Positions 38,668 through 41,847 of a stretch of 41,847 bases of DNA are shown here, one piece after another. Below the pieces are notes generated by a model, which had not been told where the DNA came from, did no database searches, and was given only the letters and a program-made list of their open reading frames with translations. Numbering within the stretch: the stretch's first letter is position 1; each line of letters starts with the position of its first letter. Source of the DNA: Burkholderiales bacterium (GTDB lineage: Bacteria; Pseudomonadota; Gammaproteobacteria; Burkholderiales; SG8-41); assembly GCA_040081205.1 (NCBI GenBank), contig JBEBHE010000002.1:1-41847 (forward strand), in the 5' to 3' direction. The position numbers and the translations under genes are program-made.

Positions 38668-39822
38668 CTACGGCAGATGCGGTTGGGCGAGGTAATCATG
38701 CGTTTGCATTTCAGTGAGACGGCTCACCAAACGATCCTTCAGCGACGCATTGAGATTGGCTTGGAAAGCATCCGCAGCATCAGCGTCCAGAATCAGTTCA
38801 TCGGCCGGCACATCCGCCGACAGAATGAGCTTGACGCGACGATCATAAAACTCATCAATCATCCACACGAAGCGGCGCAGTTTGTCCGCCATGCCTCCAC
38901 CGAATCGCGGCACGTTGGATACCATCACCGTGTGGTAACGCTTGGACAGCTCGATGTAGTCCGGTTTACCGCGCGGCCCATCGCACAGTGCGCCAAATTC
39001 GAACCACACCACATCACGCGCGTGACGGCGTACCGGCACCGGGCGGCCTTCTATTTCCAGCGCTGTTTCGTCAGACGCGTCGTGCCGCGCAATCGCAATA
39101 AATTCTTTCGTCATGCGTTCGTCCGCATCCGCACCCGTGTGGTAAACGCCGTCTTTCTCCAGTTCGCGCAAGCGGTAATCCACACCGTCATCGACGTTCA
39201 CGATATCGAAGTTTTGCTTAATCAGATCAATGGCCGGCATGAACTGATTGCGCTGCAAGCCGTGCAGATACAACGCATCCGGCTCGAAATTCGATGTGGT
39301 CAACACCACTACGCCCTGCTCCATCAAACCTTCGAGGAGCTTGCGCATCAGCATGGCGTCGGTAATGTCGGTAATATGAAATTCATCCAGACATAACAAT
39401 CGCGTGTCTTTGGCCAGATCGCGCGCGACACTCGCCAGCGGCTCGGCCTGCCCGGTGAGCGCATTCATGCGTTGATGCACTTCTTGCATGAAGCGATGGA
39501 AATGGATGCGCCGCTTGCGCGCCACAGGCGCGCAGTTGAAAAAACTGTCCATCAAAAAACTCTTGCCGCGCCCCACACCACCCCACAAATACAGCCCTTT
39601 CACCACGCGCTTGCGCGCGAGCAACCGCACCAAAAGGGATTCCAGCTTTTCAAGACCGATCAGATCTTCGTATAGGCGCTCCAAATGCGCAACCGCATTG
39701 AGCTGCGAAGCATCAAGCGTGAAGCCATGCTCGGCTGCGTGCTGCACGATCCACTGCGCCGCATCAGCGCTGTCGCGCGCGAGGGTAGTGTGGCCGTACT
39801 GGGAAGGTTGAGACTCGTTCAC
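38668..39822 (-). CDS. zapE: AFG1-like ATPase / cell division protein ZapE
   Basis: The 384-aa protein has Walker A GGVGRGKSFLMD and Walker B LLCLDEFHITD. It has a GTG start and the conserved position downstream of lpdA. Confidence 0.88.
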   Translation of the reverse strand: MNESQPSQYGHTTLARDSADAAQWIVQHAAEHGFTLDASQLNAVAHLERLYEDLIGLEKLESLLVRLLARKRVVKGLYLWGGVGRGKSFLMDSFFNCAPVARKRRIHFHRFMQEVHQRMNALTGQAEPLASVARDLAKDTRLLCLDEFHITDITDAMLMRKLLEGLMEQGVVVLTTSNFEPDALYLHGLQRNQFMPAIDLIKQNFDIVNVDDGVDYRLRELEKDGVYHTGADADERMTKEFIAIARHDASDETALEIEGRPVPVRRHARDVVWFEFGALCDGPRGKPDYIELSKRYHTVMVSNVPRFGGGMADKLRRFVWMIDEFYDRRVKLILSADVPADELILDADAADAFQANLNASLKDRLVSRLTEMQTHDYLAQPHLP

Positions 39823-39826
39823 CCGC

Positions 39827-41260
39827 TCACAGATTCAACGTGCGTCCATCCACCGCCAGCGCTGCTTCTTTCATCGCCTCGGACAGCGATGGGTGCGCAT
39901 GACAAATCATGGCAATGTCTTCGGAAGAGGCACCGAATTCCATCGCCACCACTGCCTCAGCGATTAGCTCCGAAGCCATTGGCCCGATGATATGCACACC
40001 AAGGATCCGGTCGTTTTTTTTGTCAGCAATGAATTTGACGAAGCCGGAAGTGTCGCCCAACGCGCGCGCGCGGCCATTCGCCATGAACGGAAACGAACCG
40101 GTGCGGTATTCGATGCCTTCCGCTTTAACCTGCTGTTCGGTTTTACCGACCCAGGCAATTTCCGGCGAAGTGTAGATCACCCACGGCACGGTGTTGAAAT
40201 CGACATGGCCGTACTTGCCGGCAATGCGCTGTGCGACCGCGACACCTTCTTCTTCGGCCTTATGCGCGAGCATCGGTCCGCGCACTACGTCGCCCACTGC
40301 CCAGATGTTAGCCAGGTTCGTTTTACAATTTTCATCCACCGCAACGAAACCGCGCTCATCGAGTTTGAGGCCTACCGCCGCCGCATTCAGGCCTTCGGTA
40401 TGTGGCACGCGGCCTATGGAAACAATGAGCTTATCCACCGTCAGCGATTGTGCTTTGCCTGCACTGTCGGCATAGTTAATGGCCACATCCTTGCTGCACT
40501 TGACATTGCCGACCTTCACGCCAGTATGTATCGCGAGCCCCTGCTTTACGAATGTTTTATTGGCTTCTTTGGCCACCGCCTCATCCGCGGCGCCAAGGAA
40601 CGCAGGCAGTGCTTCAAGGATGGTAACGGTCGAGCCGAGCCGCCGCCAAACACTACCCATTTCCAGGCCGATAACACCTGCGCCGATGACGCCAAGCTTC
40701 TTCGGCACCTCGGTGATCGCCAGTGCGCCGGCGTTATCCAATATCAATTTATTGTCGAAAGGCGCGCCGGGCAAAGCACGCGGGCTGGAACCTGTCGCGA
40801 CGACAACGTGCTTCGCGATCAATGATTCTTCGACTTTGCCGCTGACGTTGATCTGCCAAGCGCCCGCAGCACCGCCGGCAAATGCACCTTTACCGTGAAA
40901 AAAAGTAACTTTGTTTTTTTTCAGCAAATAAAGAATGCCGTCGTTGTTCTGTTTGACGACCTTATCCTTGCGCTTGAGCATTTGCGCCACGTCCATGGAC
41001 AAGCTGCCTACTTTGATGCCGTGGTCGGCGAACGCATGCGCCGCATGATCGTAGTTCTCGGATGATTGCAGCAGCGCCTTGGACGGAATGCAGCCGACAT
41101 TGGTGCAAGTGCCGCCCGGCGCGGGCTTGCCGTCAGCGGTTTTCCACTCATCGATGCAGGCGACCTGCATACCTAATTGCGCCGCGCGAATCGCCGCGAT
41201 GTAGCCACCGGGGCCCGCGCCGATCACCACCACATCAAAAGCTTTTAACGGTTCAGCCAT
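39827..41260 (-). CDS. lpdA: Dihydrolipoyl dehydrogenase (E3)
   Basis: The 477-aa protein has the FAD motif VIGAGPGGY, the redox disulfide GGTCTNVGCIPSK, the NAD motif GVIGAGVIGLE and C-terminal HAHPSLSE. Confidence 0.96.
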   Translation of the reverse strand: MAEPLKAFDVVVIGAGPGGYIAAIRAAQLGMQVACIDEWKTADGKPAPGGTCTNVGCIPSKALLQSSENYDHAAHAFADHGIKVGSLSMDVAQMLKRKDKVVKQNNDGILYLLKKNKVTFFHGKGAFAGGAAGAWQINVSGKVEESLIAKHVVVATGSSPRALPGAPFDNKLILDNAGALAITEVPKKLGVIGAGVIGLEMGSVWRRLGSTVTILEALPAFLGAADEAVAKEANKTFVKQGLAIHTGVKVGNVKCSKDVAINYADSAGKAQSLTVDKLIVSIGRVPHTEGLNAAAVGLKLDERGFVAVDENCKTNLANIWAVGDVVRGPMLAHKAEEEGVAVAQRIAGKYGHVDFNTVPWVIYTSPEIAWVGKTEQQVKAEGIEYRTGSFPFMANGRARALGDTSGFVKFIADKKNDRILGVHIIGPMASELIAEAVVAMEFGASSEDIAMICHAHPSLSEAMKEAALAVDGRTLNL

Positions 41261-41261
41261 G

Positions 41262-41847
41262 TTAGATATCCAGCAGCATGCGCGCCGGATCTTCCAGCGC
41301 GTCTTTCATCGCCACCAGCGACAGCACGGCTTCGCGGCCGTCGATAATGCGATGGTCGTACGACATGGCGAGATAATTCATCGGGCGAATCACGATCTGG
41401 CCGTTTTCCACCACCGCGCGTTCCTTGGTGGCATGCACACCCAGAATCGCGCTCTGCGGCGGATTGATAATCGGTGTGGATAGCATCGAGCCGAACACGC
41501 CGCCGTTGGAAATCGAGAACGTGCCGCCGGTCAATTCCTCAATCGTGAGCTTGCCTTCCTGCGCACGCTTGCCGAAATCGGCGATGTTTTTTTCGATTTC
41601 CGCGAGGCTCATCTGATCGGCGTTTCGCACAATGGGCACTACCAAGCCGCGCGGACTGCCTACGGCTACGCCGATGTCGTAATAGCCGTGATAAACAATA
41701 TCGTTGCCATCAATCGATGCATTGACCAGCGGGAATTTCTTCAGCGCATAGACGGCCGCCTTGACGAAAAACGACATGAAACCGAGTTTGACACCGTGTT
41801 CTTTTTCGAACTTGTCTTTGTAACGATTGCGCAGATCAATCACCGGC
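41262..41847 (-). CDS. sucB: Dihydrolipoyllysine-residue succinyltransferase (E2 of 2-oxoglutarate dehydrogenase), C-terminal catalytic domain; the N-terminus lies beyond the window edge
   Basis: The catalytic motif is [13 protein letters not shown] with [14 protein letters not shown]. The stop is 1 nt before the lpdA start. The ORF is open to the window end. Confidence 0.92.
   Translation of the reverse strand, partial: PVIDLRNRYKDKFEKEHGVKLGFMSFFVKAAVYALKKFPLVNASIDGNDIVYHGYYDIGVAVGSPRGLVVPIVRNADQMSLAEIEKNIADFGKRAQEGKLTIEELTGGTFSISNGGVFGSMLSTPIINPPQSAILGVHATKERAVVENGQIVIRPMNYLAMSYDHRIIDGREAVLSLVAMKDALEDPARMLLDI

Overview
The window reads as a chromosomal segment of a Gram-negative bacterium, probably a betaproteobacterium. 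That assignment is an inference from protein sequences and conserved gene order, at roughly 55% GC. I could not run any database search.

Most of the window is housekeeping:
- map-glnD
- a def / MTAP-family phosphorylase / hpt salvage operon
- smc-zipA-ligA
- queF and dapC-dapD
- an orphan pilU-type ATPase, prmB and rluB
- the classic ffs ... dnaX-ybaB-recR block, with a PagL-like lipid A deacylase inserted
- tRNA-Ser(GGA)
- a TfdA/TauD dioxygenase and an MscS channel
- prpE-acuI, and the zapE-lpdA-sucB end of the 2-oxoglutarate dehydrogenase operon

The non-housekeeping part is about 21.0-32.7 kb. Acetyl-CoA synthetase (acs) is translationally coupled to five downstream genes:
- a small two-TM protein
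- a histidine kinase built on a sodium/solute-symporter (SSS) domain
- a stand-alone receiver
- a membrane-anchored HAMP-PAS-DEDDh exonuclease
- a CBS-DUF294 nucleotidyltransferase with a GlnD-like active site

These are followed by a convergent OmpR-type response regulator and a divergent two-subunit (DUF4212 + SSS) symporter. The kinase, regulator, transporter and acs resemble known CrbS/CrbR-type and CbrA-type acetate-switch circuitry. The sensor-style exonuclease plus nucleotidyltransferase pair has no assigned biochemical function and is my best candidate for an undescribed system.

Other observations are a recurrent 18-19 nt AT-rich intergenic motif, AT-rich palindromes and tandem repeats at the dapC-dapD junction, and a forced 214-bp convergent overlap of prmB and rluB. 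I saw no CRISPR array, transposase, integrase or prophage genes.
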